Below, piece after piece: positions 21,327 through 30,655 of a stretch of 60,455 bases of DNA. Below the pieces are notes generated by a model. The model did no database searches and had not been told where the DNA came from. It worked only from the letters and a program-made list of their open reading frames with translations. Origin of the DNA: Bacteroidales bacterium (GTDB lineage Bacteria > Bacteroidota > Bacteroidia > Bacteroidales > UBA7960); contig PUOJ01000056.1 in the NCBI GenBank assembly GCA_003552075.1, positions 1-60,455 of the forward strand. Reading direction: 5' to 3'. Every line of letters begins with the position of its first letter. The first letter of the stretch is position 1. The position numbers were made by a program, and so were the translations under genes.

Positions 21327-22511
21327 ATGGAGCAATTTTCTGCAATTAATCAATTGGCTCGCCAATATAGCGATTATACGGCTGAAAATCTTTCCCGCCT
21401 GGTGCGTTGCAAATCCCTCAGTCTTGACGAAGAACAGGTGCAACAGGAACTGATACGTCAGATGCAGAAGGCAGGATTCGATGAAGTACGAATGGACCCC
21501 CTCGGTAACGTGATTGGCAGGATAGGGCAGGGCAGTCGCATCCTGGCATTTGATGCGCATATGGACACTGTGGATCTGGGCAACCCGGAGGACTGGGATT
21601 TTGATCCCCTATGTGGCGATGTTCGCGATGGCTTTGTGCTTGGTCGTGGCACCGTAGATCAGAAAGGTGGCGCTGCAGCTTTCGTGACAGCTGGTCGCAT
21701 CCTCAGGGAGCTTGCTTTTGACAGGGACCTGACCATCTATTTTATTGGCAGCGTCATTGAAGAAGATTGTGACGGGCTTTGCTGGAAGTTTCTGGTGGAA
21801 GAGGAAGGGATAAGACCTGATGCTGTCGTGGTAACTGAACCTACCAACCTGAATATCTATCGTGGGCATCGCGGGCGTATGGAGATGCAGGTGAGCTTCT
21901 ACGGCTTATCCTGCCATGGATCTGCACCTGAACGCGGCCAAAACGCCATCTACATGGCTTCAAAAGCTGCACTGGAGATCGAAAAACTGAACGAAAGACT
22001 GCATCATGACGACTTTCTGGGTAAAGGCACCATCACCATATCTGAATTCATGTCGAAAAGCCCTTCATTATGTGCCGTAGCGGATTTCGCAAGAATCCAC
22101 CTTGATCGCAGGCTCACCTGGGGTGAAACAAAGGAGAGTGCGGTAGCTGAAATACAGGAGCTGATCAATGGAATGAAAGCAAAGATAGAGGTGTTGCATT
22201 ATGAAGAAAAGTCCTTTACCGGGCTTACTTATGGAATGGAAAAATATTACCCCACCTGGCAGATCCCCGAGGACCATGAGGTCATTCAGAAAGGGGCAAA
22301 GGTGTTTTCCGGGTTGTTCGATAAACAACCAGCCGTGGATAAATGGACGTTTTCCACCAATGGGGTGGCTATCAATGGCCTTTATGATATCCCTGTCATT
22401 GGCTTTGGCCCGGGGAATGAAGTGCTGGCACATGCACCCAATGAGAAAATCCCTGTGGAACACCTGGAAAAGGCCACCGCATTCTATGCAGCACTGGCCT
22501 ATGCTTTCTGA
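21327..22511 (+). CDS. ygeY: YgeY-family M20 hydrolase (selenium-metabolism-linked hydrolase family)
   Basis: 394 aa. M20 motifs (AFDAHMDTV, TVDQKGG, EEDCDG) and overall resemblance to E. coli YgeY. It lies directly upstream of a ygeW homologue. Confidence 0.78.
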   Translation: MEQFSAINQLARQYSDYTAENLSRLVRCKSLSLDEEQVQQELIRQMQKAGFDEVRMDPLGNVIGRIGQGSRILAFDAHMDTVDLGNPEDWDFDPLCGDVRDGFVLGRGTVDQKGGAAAFVTAGRILRELAFDRDLTIYFIGSVIEEDCDGLCWKFLVEEEGIRPDAVVVTEPTNLNIYRGHRGRMEMQVSFYGLSCHGSAPERGQNAIYMASKAALEIEKLNERLHHDDFLGKGTITISEFMSKSPSLCAVADFARIHLDRRLTWGETKESAVAEIQELINGMKAKIEVLHYEEKSFTGLTYGMEKYYPTWQIPEDHEVIQKGAKVFSGLFDKQPAVDKWTFSTNGVAINGLYDIPVIGFGPGNEVLAHAPNEKIPVEHLEKATAFYAALAYAF

Positions 22512-22542
22512 CAACCATTCTTATAATAACCAACCCTGCAAA

Positions 22543-22576
22543 TTAAAAAGGCCTGAAGAGGTTAAAAAGGCCTGGA
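22543..22576. repeat. direct repeat TTAAAAAGGCCTG, 2 copies, 19-bp period, in the ygeY-ygeW spacer
   Basis: The copies are at 22543-22557 and 22562-76, with 13 identical nt each. Confidence 0.7.
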
Positions 22577-22600
22577 ATCATGACAACAAATTTTTAACAT

Positions 22601-23797
22601 ATGAACGCCACATTATTACGGGACATTGAACTTATTGACAGCCTGGAGAGCGGATTGCATCAAAAGGATTTTTTATTGACCTGGGAAAAACAGGAAGGCG
22701 ATCTGCGTACCATCCTCCATGTTGCATCGGTGTTGAAACAGATGCGTGATCAGCATATTTCACCACGGGTGTTTGACTCCGGCCTGGCCGTGTCCAATTT
22801 TCGTGATAAATCTACACGCACGCGCTTCTCGTTTGCTTCGGCAAGCAATATGCTTGGCCTTGCCGTGCAGGATCTCGACGAGGAAAAGTCGCAGATATCG
22901 CATGGTGAAACCGTTCGTGAAACGGCGGCCATGATATCCTTCCTGACAGACTTCATTGGCATCCGGGACGACATGTACCTGGGCGAAGGCAATAAATACA
23001 TGCGTGAGATAGCAGCCTCGCTCGATGAAAGTTTTGCCGAGGGCATCTTGCCGGTAAGGCCGGGTGTCATTAACTTGCAATGCGACATGGACCATCCGAC
23101 CCAGTCGCTGGCTGACCTGATGCACTTGCAGAAAATCTATGGGTCACTTGAAGCCTTGCGTGGCAAGAAGTTTGTCATGAGCTGGGCATATTCGCCAAGT
23201 TACGGTAAGCCTTTGTCTGTGCCGCAGGGGATCATAGCGCTGATGACACGTTTTGGCATGGACGTGCAACTGGCTTATCCGGAGGGCTATGAGCTGATCC
23301 CGGATGTGCTGGAAAAGGCAGAGCTTTTTGCCAAACAGAGCGGCGGCTCATTCCGGGTGAGCCACGATATGCAGGAGGCCATGCAGGATGCCGAGATCGT
23401 GTATCCAAAAAGCTGGGCGCCTTATCATATCATGGAGAAAAGAACAGATCTTCTGAAAACCGGTGATAAGGCTGGTTTAGATGCCCTCGAAGAGGAATGC
23501 CTCGCAAAGAATGCACAACATGTGGACTGGGAGTATGGTGTTGCGCATAAGGCAGCTACTTTGAATGGCAATGCCCGGTACATGCACTGCTTGCCGGCAG
23601 ACATCAGTGGGATTTCCTGCCCGAAAGGCGAAGTGGAGGCGGATGTGTTTGAAGCTTCCCGCCTTGAGACATACCAGGAGGCGGGCTATAAACCCTACAT
23701 CATAGCCGCCATGATGATTTGCAATCGCTTTGCGAACCCTGCTGCCCTTTTTAAAAAGCTTATTGAGCGCAACAGACCAAGGGTTTCCCACGTTTAA
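22601..23797 (+). CDS. ygeW: knotted carbamoyltransferase YgeW
   Basis: 398 aa, near-colinear with E. coli YgeW as I remember it. Shared stretches include KDFLLTWE, FRDKSTRTRFSFASA, SQISHGETVRETA, NLQCDMDHPTQSLADL, WAYSPSYGKPLSVPQGII, YPKSWAPY and YMHCLPADISG. Confidence 0.88.
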   Translation: MNATLLRDIELIDSLESGLHQKDFLLTWEKQEGDLRTILHVASVLKQMRDQHISPRVFDSGLAVSNFRDKSTRTRFSFASASNMLGLAVQDLDEEKSQISHGETVRETAAMISFLTDFIGIRDDMYLGEGNKYMREIAASLDESFAEGILPVRPGVINLQCDMDHPTQSLADLMHLQKIYGSLEALRGKKFVMSWAYSPSYGKPLSVPQGIIALMTRFGMDVQLAYPEGYELIPDVLEKAELFAKQSGGSFRVSHDMQEAMQDAEIVYPKSWAPYHIMEKRTDLLKTGDKAGLDALEEECLAKNAQHVDWEYGVAHKAATLNGNARYMHCLPADISGISCPKGEVEADVFEASRLETYQEAGYKPYIIAAMMICNRFANPAALFKKLIERNRPRVSHV

Positions 23798-23814
23798 GGA
23801 TAAAACGAGCAAAT

Positions 23815-25488
23815 ATGAAGTCAAAATCATTGATATGGATGTTGCTGCTGGCTTTTTCCGCAGGCATGTTGTTTGCAGGCCTGGGTAACGGCATCAACGT
23901 GGACATGCTACGCCAGGCTGGCAAGCTGCTGGGTTTCTCATTCAGCCAGGAGCAATTGGAAATCATGATGCCATCGGTCAGGGTGCACATGCAAAGCGCT
24001 GAAGCCCTGCGTGACATGGAGCTTAACAATGATGTACCACCGGCATGGTCTTTTAGCCCGTTGTTTGGTGAATATAAAATCCCGCCAGATGAGGGAAAAA
24101 CAGCATGGAGCATTCCCGGGGACGTGCCATTGCCGGAAAACAAAGATGAGCTTGCCTTTTATAGCATTCCGGAGTTGGCTTCTCTGATCCATCAGCAAAA
24201 AATCAGCTCCGAAGAGCTCACCTTGTTTTTTCTTGAGCGTTTGGCGCGTTATGATGACACCCTGCAGACGGTAGTAAGTCTGACCAGTGAGCTTGCCCTG
24301 GAACAGGCGAGGCATGCTGACGACCTGCTTGCTGCCGGAGAGTCACGCGGCATCCTTCATGGCATCCCTTATGGTGTAAAAGACCTGCTGGCAGTTGAAG
24401 GGTATCCCACCACCTGGGGAGCTGAGCCCTTCCGTGACCAGCAAATCGAACAAACCGCCAGTGTGGTAAAGCAGCTGGATGAGTCCGGTGCCGTTTTGGT
24501 AGCTAAGCTCAGCCTGGGTGCCCTGGCCATGGGGGATGTATGGTTTGACGGGCAGACCAGGAACCCCTGGAACCTGAAACAAGGGGCCAGCGGTTCATCA
24601 GCCGGCTCCGCAGCTGCGGTTTCTGCCGGATTGCTGCCCTTTGCCCTGGGCTCAGAAACACTTGGAAGCATTGTATCCCCTTCATCCCGATGCGGTGTTA
24701 CCGGACTCAGACCATCATGGGGGCGTGTCTCCAGGGATGGCGCGATGGCGCTCAGCTGGACAATGGATAAGATAGGTCCCATAACAAGGAGCGCGCATGA
24801 TGCCGCGATTGTATTTGAAGCAATCCACGGTCCGGATGGCATAGACAATACCTTGATACAGGCCGGTTTTAACTATGATGATGCAGTGGATGTGTCTTCA
24901 CTGCGAGTAGGTTATATCTCGGAATTCTTTGATGAAGATTACGCAGGAAGGGGCCTCGACAGCCAGGTACTTGCTGACTTGCAGGCCATGGGAGTAGATC
25001 TTCAGCCTGTTGACTGGCGATTTACTTTGCCGGTGAATGCCCTGCGCATCATATTATATGCAGAGGCTGCTGCGGCCTTCGACGAACTGACCGTCTCCGG
25101 TCGCGACTCATTGCTCCTGAACCAGTCCGTAAATGCCTGGCCAAACTTTTTCAGGGCAGCCCGTTTCATCCCTGCCGTAGAATATATCAATGCCAACAGG
25201 GTGCGGCAAATGCTTGTCCGCGAGGTCAATGCACTGATGTCGCAGTATGATGTCATCGTTACGCCCTCCTTTGGGGGAAACCAACTGCTGGTCACCAACC
25301 TTACCGGTCATCCTTGCGTGGTGATGCCAAATGGGATCACCGAAGCAGGAACCCCGTCCAGCATTACATTCATGGCTCCGCTCTTTCAGGAAGCAAACCT
25401 CTTGGCGCTGGCCTCACAATGGCAGCTAACCAGCAATCATCATAAAGTCAGGCCCCCATTGTTTGACCCCGATCACACAGGAGAATAA
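23815..25488 (+). CDS. amidase-signature family amidase with an N-terminal signal peptide
   Basis: GSSAGSAAAV (AS signature), catalytic Lys context GVKDLL, and a hydrophobic signal-like N-terminus. Confidence 0.8.
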   Translation: MKSKSLIWMLLLAFSAGMLFAGLGNGINVDMLRQAGKLLGFSFSQEQLEIMMPSVRVHMQSAEALRDMELNNDVPPAWSFSPLFGEYKIPPDEGKTAWSIPGDVPLPENKDELAFYSIPELASLIHQQKISSEELTLFFLERLARYDDTLQTVVSLTSELALEQARHADDLLAAGESRGILHGIPYGVKDLLAVEGYPTTWGAEPFRDQQIEQTASVVKQLDESGAVLVAKLSLGALAMGDVWFDGQTRNPWNLKQGASGSSAGSAAAVSAGLLPFALGSETLGSIVSPSSRCGVTGLRPSWGRVSRDGAMALSWTMDKIGPITRSAHDAAIVFEAIHGPDGIDNTLIQAGFNYDDAVDVSSLRVGYISEFFDEDYAGRGLDSQVLADLQAMGVDLQPVDWRFTLPVNALRIILYAEAAAAFDELTVSGRDSLLLNQSVNAWPNFFRAARFIPAVEYINANRVRQMLVREVNALMSQYDVIVTPSFGGNQLLVTNLTGHPCVVMPNGITEAGTPSSITFMAPLFQEANLLALASQWQLTSNHHKVRPPLFDPDHTGE

Positions 25489-25506
25489 TCGAAAAAATAT
25501 TATCCC

Positions 25507-26643
25507 ATGGACGAAAGATTTCCACTGTACATAAAAATTCCCATGGTGCTGCTGACCATCGTGCTGACAGTATTCATCATGATCACTGCCAAAAGTGTGC
25601 TTGTGCCGCTGCTGATAGCCGGCCTGCTGGCCGTATTGATCAGCCCGCTTTCATCCTTTCTTGAACAAAACGGCTTCCCGAAACTGCTTGCCGTGGCCAT
25701 CAGTGTGATTGCCCTGCTGGCTTTCGTATTTGGCCTGGCCTACTTTTTTTACAATCAACTCATCGGGTTCGCTGACGAAATTGGCCATCTCGAGCGAAAA
25801 GTAAATGAATGGATTGAAGCGTTTAATGCATTCAGTGAAAGGCATATCGATGGTGCCGTACCCATCTCCTTTGAAAATGTACAAAGTGCCATTTTCCGGT
25901 ATATCCGGGAAAATGTGGCTACCCTGACACAAGGTGTGATCGCAACTGCAACCACAATAACCATTGTGTTTATTATTCCGATATACATTTTCCTCTTTCT
26001 CTATTTCAGACATTTTCTCATTGCATTTGTCATGCGTGCATTCCCTGAGCGTCATCAGGACAAAGTCAGCTCTGTGGTGCACAAGGTCAAACTGGTTGTG
26101 CAAAACTACATCGTCGGCATGTTTATCGTGATCCTGATCCTTGCAACACTGAATAGTATCGCGCTCTTCAGTCTGGGGATCAGACACGCCATGCTCTTTG
26201 CCGTGTTTGCAGCCATCCTGAATGTCATTCCCTTCCTCGGACCATTTATCGGCGCCACCTTGCCCATCGTGTATGCACTGCTAACCAAAGACTCCTTATG
26301 GTATCCATTTGGCGTCTTTGCCGTTTTTTACGTCATTCAGCTGGCTGAAAGCAATATCTTTACGCCAAAGATTGTGGGTGGAAAGGTCAGCATGAACCCC
26401 CTTATGACCATCATTGCCCTCTTCATAGGTAACTTTATCTGGGGACTTACTGGTATGATCCTCTTCATACCTGGCATGGCCATCATGAAGGTGATCTTTG
26501 ATGAAACGGAAGGCATGGAACCCTATGGCTTTCTTTTGGGAGACACCAAATCTTCAAACATCTCACCGGCAAGGCAACGCTTCCGTGCAAAGAAAATGAA
26601 GGCGCTTCGGGATAAAATCAGGGCAAAGAAAAGCAGTGAATAA
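25507..26643 (+). CDS. AI-2E family transporter (PerM/YhhT-like permease)
   Basis: 378 aa with about 8 TM helices. NVIPFLGPFIG and conserved C-terminal motifs of the family. Confidence 0.78.
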   Translation: MDERFPLYIKIPMVLLTIVLTVFIMITAKSVLVPLLIAGLLAVLISPLSSFLEQNGFPKLLAVAISVIALLAFVFGLAYFFYNQLIGFADEIGHLERKVNEWIEAFNAFSERHIDGAVPISFENVQSAIFRYIRENVATLTQGVIATATTITIVFIIPIYIFLFLYFRHFLIAFVMRAFPERHQDKVSSVVHKVKLVVQNYIVGMFIVILILATLNSIALFSLGIRHAMLFAVFAAILNVIPFLGPFIGATLPIVYALLTKDSLWYPFGVFAVFYVIQLAESNIFTPKIVGGKVSMNPLMTIIALFIGNFIWGLTGMILFIPGMAIMKVIFDETEGMEPYGFLLGDTKSSNISPARQRFRAKKMKALRDKIRAKKSSE

Positions 26644-26663
26644 CCTGCATTATTCAATGTTGG

Positions 26664-27476
26664 CTAAGGATTCTGGGCGTGGCCTTTCCGCCCCGCCGGA
26701 TGATGCCCCTCAAACAATTTGCCGGGGTATTCAATGTGAGCCAGGTGCAATCCGCGGGCTGGCGCGGAATAACCTGCACGGGAACGGTCCCTGGCCGCTA
26801 TGATCTTATTAAAATCATCCACGCTGATCTTTCCAAGGCCAACATCTGTCAATGTCCCTGTAATGGCACGAACCATGTTTCGAAGGAAACGATCAGCACG
26901 TATGCGGAAACGCAGTATATGGGATGCGGCTTCCCATTCTGCGGTATCTACCTGACATATGTTGGTTTTTACCTGGGTGTTAGACCTGGCAAAACTTCCG
27001 AAGTCGCTATGCTGCAACAATAGTTGGGCCGCTTCCTGCATGCGGTTGATGTCCAGCCTGCGTTCGTAAACCCAGGCCCTGTCCTGCCAAAACGGATCCT
27101 TTTTGGTGCTGATAAAATAATGATAAGTCCTTTGAGTGGCATGAAAACGGGCATGAGCCTTGGGATGTACCGGGAATATCTCATATACCGCAATGGTGGG
27201 TGGCAGGATGCGATTGCATTTAAATGCCAATGACATGGATGCCAGTTGGTCTGGTGAATGCTGGCTGTCAAAATGTGCATAAAAACACTGCGCATGCACC
27301 CCGGTGTCCGTTCGACCCGCACCCGTGAGTTGCACCGGCTCTTTCAGCAGCAGGCTTAATGCGCGCGCTGTGTCACCCTGGATGGAAGGTGCGGAGGACT
27401 GCACCTGCCAACCGTGATGGTGCGTACCCATATAGGCCATCCTGATGAAATAACGGTATGTTGGTTGATCATCCAT
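26664..27476 (-). CDS. truA: tRNA pseudouridine(38-40) synthase
   Basis: YDGTxxxGWQ-like start (YMGTHHHGWQVQ) and catalytic GAGRTDTGVHA motif. Confidence 0.9.
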   Translation of the reverse strand: MDDQPTYRYFIRMAYMGTHHHGWQVQSSAPSIQGDTARALSLLLKEPVQLTGAGRTDTGVHAQCFYAHFDSQHSPDQLASMSLAFKCNRILPPTIAVYEIFPVHPKAHARFHATQRTYHYFISTKKDPFWQDRAWVYERRLDINRMQEAAQLLLQHSDFGSFARSNTQVKTNICQVDTAEWEAASHILRFRIRADRFLRNMVRAITGTLTDVGLGKISVDDFNKIIAARDRSRAGYSAPARGLHLAHIEYPGKLFEGHHPAGRKGHAQNP

Positions 27477-27649
27477 GATTACACAGTTTTACCGGACTAA
27501 TCGTTCATTTTATTGCAAAGTAATGGAATATCATGAATCAACTGAACTTTTGCTTGCGGTTTTTTATCTCAGGACATGGTTTTCTATGAGATTAAATAAA
27601 TTTGTTCATATTTTTTGAAAATCATGGTGATTGAACCGGGGTATTCTTT

Positions 27650-27657
27650 TATTTTTG
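27650..27657 (+). promoter_or_regulatory. candidate TAnnTTTG -7 promoter element upstream of hpt
   Basis: TATTTTTG lies 30 nt upstream of the ATG at 27687. Confidence 0.3.
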
Positions 27658-27686
27658 TAGTTTATGACCGGTTAAAAAAAATCTCA

Positions 27687-28223
27687 ATGGAGCGAGTTAC
27701 CATCCTGGACAAAGAATTTGCGCGAAACATCTCTTATGAGCAGATCCTGAAAGTGGTTAAAGAAATGGCTGTTCAAATATCCACAGATTATCGTGACACC
27801 AAACCGCTGTTTCTTTGCGTGCTGAATGGGGCATTCATTTTCGCGGCTGATTTGTTGAAACATTACCAGGGAGATTGTGAGATCAGCTTCATCAGGCTCT
27901 CATCTTATACCGGCACAAAAACGACCGGAGAGGTAAAAACATTGATCGGCCTGAATGATGATATTAAAGGAAGAGATGTGGTTATTCTTGAAGACATTGT
28001 GGATAGTGGCATCACCATTTCGCATTTGGTGAATGACCTTTCCACTTATTTGCCGAAAAGCGTGCGGGTAGCTACCCTGTTGTTAAAACCGGATGCTGTG
28101 CAAAAAGATGTAAAACCCGATTATGTGGGTATGGAGATCCCGAATGATTTCATTGTAGGTTATGGCCTGGATTATAACGGCTATGGCCGCAATTACAAAG
28201 ATATTTACAAGATCGTTGACTAG
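27687..28223 (+). CDS. hpt: hypoxanthine phosphoribosyltransferase
   Basis: PRPP-binding motif VVILEDIVDSGITI and GYGLDY near the C-terminus. I prefer the Met at 27687 (MERVTILDKEF). Confidence 0.88.
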   Translation: MERVTILDKEFARNISYEQILKVVKEMAVQISTDYRDTKPLFLCVLNGAFIFAADLLKHYQGDCEISFIRLSSYTGTKTTGEVKTLIGLNDDIKGRDVVILEDIVDSGITISHLVNDLSTYLPKSVRVATLLLKPDAVQKDVKPDYVGMEIPNDFIVGYGLDYNGYGRNYKDIYKIVD

Positions 28224-28275
28224 TCATTGCAATTTACCAACACCTATTGATCGTACCCGGATAACATTTTACATT

Positions 28276-28878
28276 ATGCTAAATATCATCATTTTTGGCC
28301 CTCCAGGGTCGGGAAAAGGCACACAGTCGGCCAGAATTGTGGAAAAGTATGACCTGATACACCTTTCTACAGGTGATCTCTTCCGTGAAGAGATGGAAAA
28401 AAACACGCCATTGGGTCAGGAGGCTCGCAAATACATTGACAAAGGCCTCTTGGTTCCTGACGATATCGTATTAAGGGAGCTGTATAGCCGGGCATCCGCA
28501 CATATGGATTCGCCCGGTTTTATTTTTGATGGCTTCCCCAGAACGATTGTGCAGGCTGAAGCGCTGGATCAGATGCTTGACAAGAACGGCATACCTATTT
28601 GCCTGGTGATCGCCGTGGAGGTGGAAAGGAATGAATTGTTCAAACGCATCCTGGGTCGTGGTGAAGATTCAGGCAGGAGTGATGACTCTGAAAAAATTGT
28701 TCACAGGCGCTTACAGGTCTATGAGGATCAAACCATGCCGTTAATATCCTATTACAGGGAACAGGGTAAATTTGTGTCCATAAATGGTATGGCGCATGTG
28801 GATGAAGTATTCAATAAGATATGCCTTGCCATCGACACTTACCTGGAAAGCGAGAAGGTCATTCATCAGATAGACTAA
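28276..28878 (+). CDS. adk: adenylate kinase
   Basis: P-loop [10 protein letters not shown] directly after the Met at 28276, plus DGFPRT and RSDD motifs. Confidence 0.93.
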   Translation: MLNIIIFGPPGSGKGTQSARIVEKYDLIHLSTGDLFREEMEKNTPLGQEARKYIDKGLLVPDDIVLRELYSRASAHMDSPGFIFDGFPRTIVQAEALDQMLDKNGIPICLVIAVEVERNELFKRILGRGEDSGRSDDSEKIVHRRLQVYEDQTMPLISYYREQGKFVSINGMAHVDEVFNKICLAIDTYLESEKVIHQID

Positions 28879-28900
28879 TAGCTTTACTGACCTCCTGTAT

Positions 28901-29911
28901 ATGAATGCCAACTTCATCGATTACATCAAAATTCAGTGCCGATCTGGTAAAGGCGGAGCCGGTTCAGCTCATCTGCGCCGCGAAAAGTTTGTGCCCAAAG
29001 GCGGTCCTGATGGTGGTGATGGCGGAAGGGGCGGTCATATCATCCTCAAGGGCAACAGTCATCTCTGGACTTTGCTGCATTTAAAGTACACCCGCCACCT
29101 GAGTGCGGGCGCTGGTGAGCCAGGGGGCAGGCAGCGCAGCACCGGAGCCTCAGGAAAAGATGTAGTCATCGAAGTTCCCCTGGGTACGGTTGCAAAAGAT
29201 GCAGGCACCAATGAGACCCTGAAAGAGATTACGGAGCATGGAGAAACCTTTGTGTTGCTCCGCGGTGGTAAAGGCGGTCGCGGCAATGTGCATTTTAAGT
29301 CCAGTACGCGGCAAACTCCACGCTATGCTCAACCCGGTGAGGCCGGTCAGGAAAAATGGTTCGTCCTGGAACTGAAAGTGCTCGCCGATGTGGGCCTTGT
29401 CGGATTTCCAAATGCCGGAAAGTCCACCCTGCTGTCGGTGGTGAGCGCCGCCAAACCTGCCATCGCCGATTACCCTTTCACCACGCTCGTACCCAACCTC
29501 GGAATGGTTGCATACCGCGACGACAGGTCTTTTGTGATGGCAGATATCCCCGGAATTATCGAAGGCGCCCACAAAGGGAAAGGGCTTGGTCATCGTTTCC
29601 TTAAACACATCGAAAGGAATGCGCTGCTGCTGTTTATGATTCCGGCCGACAACCAGGATATTGCGGCCGAGTACGAAATCCTGCTTCGCGAGCTCAAAGC
29701 CTTTAACCCTGAGCTGCTCGATAAGGAACGCCTGCTGGCAGTGACCAAAATGGACCTCATGCCCCCTGACTTGCGCGATGAGTTTCAGTCGAGCCTGGAA
29801 GCTGATCTCCCGGAGGTGCCCAAAGTGTGCATATCATCCCACACCCAGGAAGGGATCCTGCAGTTGAAAGATACCCTTTGGCAAATGATGAATCGCGACG
29901 TTGAAGATTGA
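28901..29911 (+). CDS. obg: GTPase ObgE/CgtA
   Basis: Glycine-rich Obg fold (GGDGGRGG), G1 GFPNAGKST and G3 DIPG motifs. Confidence 0.94.
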   Translation: MNANFIDYIKIQCRSGKGGAGSAHLRREKFVPKGGPDGGDGGRGGHIILKGNSHLWTLLHLKYTRHLSAGAGEPGGRQRSTGASGKDVVIEVPLGTVAKDAGTNETLKEITEHGETFVLLRGGKGGRGNVHFKSSTRQTPRYAQPGEAGQEKWFVLELKVLADVGLVGFPNAGKSTLLSVVSAAKPAIADYPFTTLVPNLGMVAYRDDRSFVMADIPGIIEGAHKGKGLGHRFLKHIERNALLLFMIPADNQDIAAEYEILLRELKAFNPELLDKERLLAVTKMDLMPPDLRDEFQSSLEADLPEVPKVCISSHTQEGILQLKDTLWQMMNRDVED

Positions 29912-29994
29912 ATTCGCCGGAAGCAAAATAGGGTAGATGTCATGCTATCTTGCAGCAGGTCGCATGATGCCCTTTATCAGGCCATTCCCGGAGG

Positions 29995-30459
29995 CTAAAA
30001 GTAGCCCGAAAGCTTACCTTCAATTTTAGATACCTCTATGGTATATATTGTGACATTATTGATGGCGGGGGCGTTGTACGAGAAGTCCTTGCCGGTATAT
30101 TTTTGCATGGTCACGTTCATGATGCGCACTTTTTCATCGTAATCCGCTATCTTCACAGCCTTGCCATATGCCAGCACACTCCGGTACTTCATGCCGTAAC
30201 TGCAAGCCACCGTTTCATGCCGGTGAAAAAGTTCGTGGTCAGTGGAAAAAGCTACACAAACTTCCGGATGCTTTGGCAGTATATCGTTCTTTTTCCCTGA
30301 AGGCGCCATGTGCAGGTATATCCTGCCATCTTCATATCCAAAATTGAAAGGCAGCACATAAGGTTTGCCCGCCTCATCAACCATGCCTACATAACAAGTG
30401 TCGCACTTGTCAATGATCTATCTGATCTTGTCCGGATTGTTGATCATGTTTGTTGCCAT
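29995..30459 (-). pseudogene. pyridoxamine 5'-phosphate oxidase (PNPOx-like, Pyridox_ox_2) family gene interrupted by an in-frame TAG at 30418-30420
   Basis: The intact ORF 29995-30384 begins at MVDEAGKPYVLPFNFGYE. The same frame upstream reads MATNMINNPDKIR*IIDKCDTCYVG, the expected N-terminal helix of this roughly 155-aa family. Confidence 0.5.
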
Positions 30460-30655
30460 ATGCAATGTGTTTAACCGTGATATTTTTAACAAATTTATGG
30501 AAAATGTAACCCGGTTTTTGATCTTTTCACTTTTTGACATGCATGGTAACCTGTTGCACAGTTTATGCGTTTCCTGTTATGCGTTTCCTGGATGCATTGT
30601 CACGCGTTGCCAGACTTTGCAATGCCTGGCGTTGCATAGGGTGTCAGCAACCGCG

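Noticed and set aside
30418-30420. TAG reassignment (for example to pyrrolysine or another sense codon) as the explanation for the in-frame TAG.
   Set aside because: TAG clearly terminates other well-supported genes in this window (atpE, the DUF2520 gene, maf). No pyl-type genes are seen. A point mutation or sequencing error is the simpler explanation.
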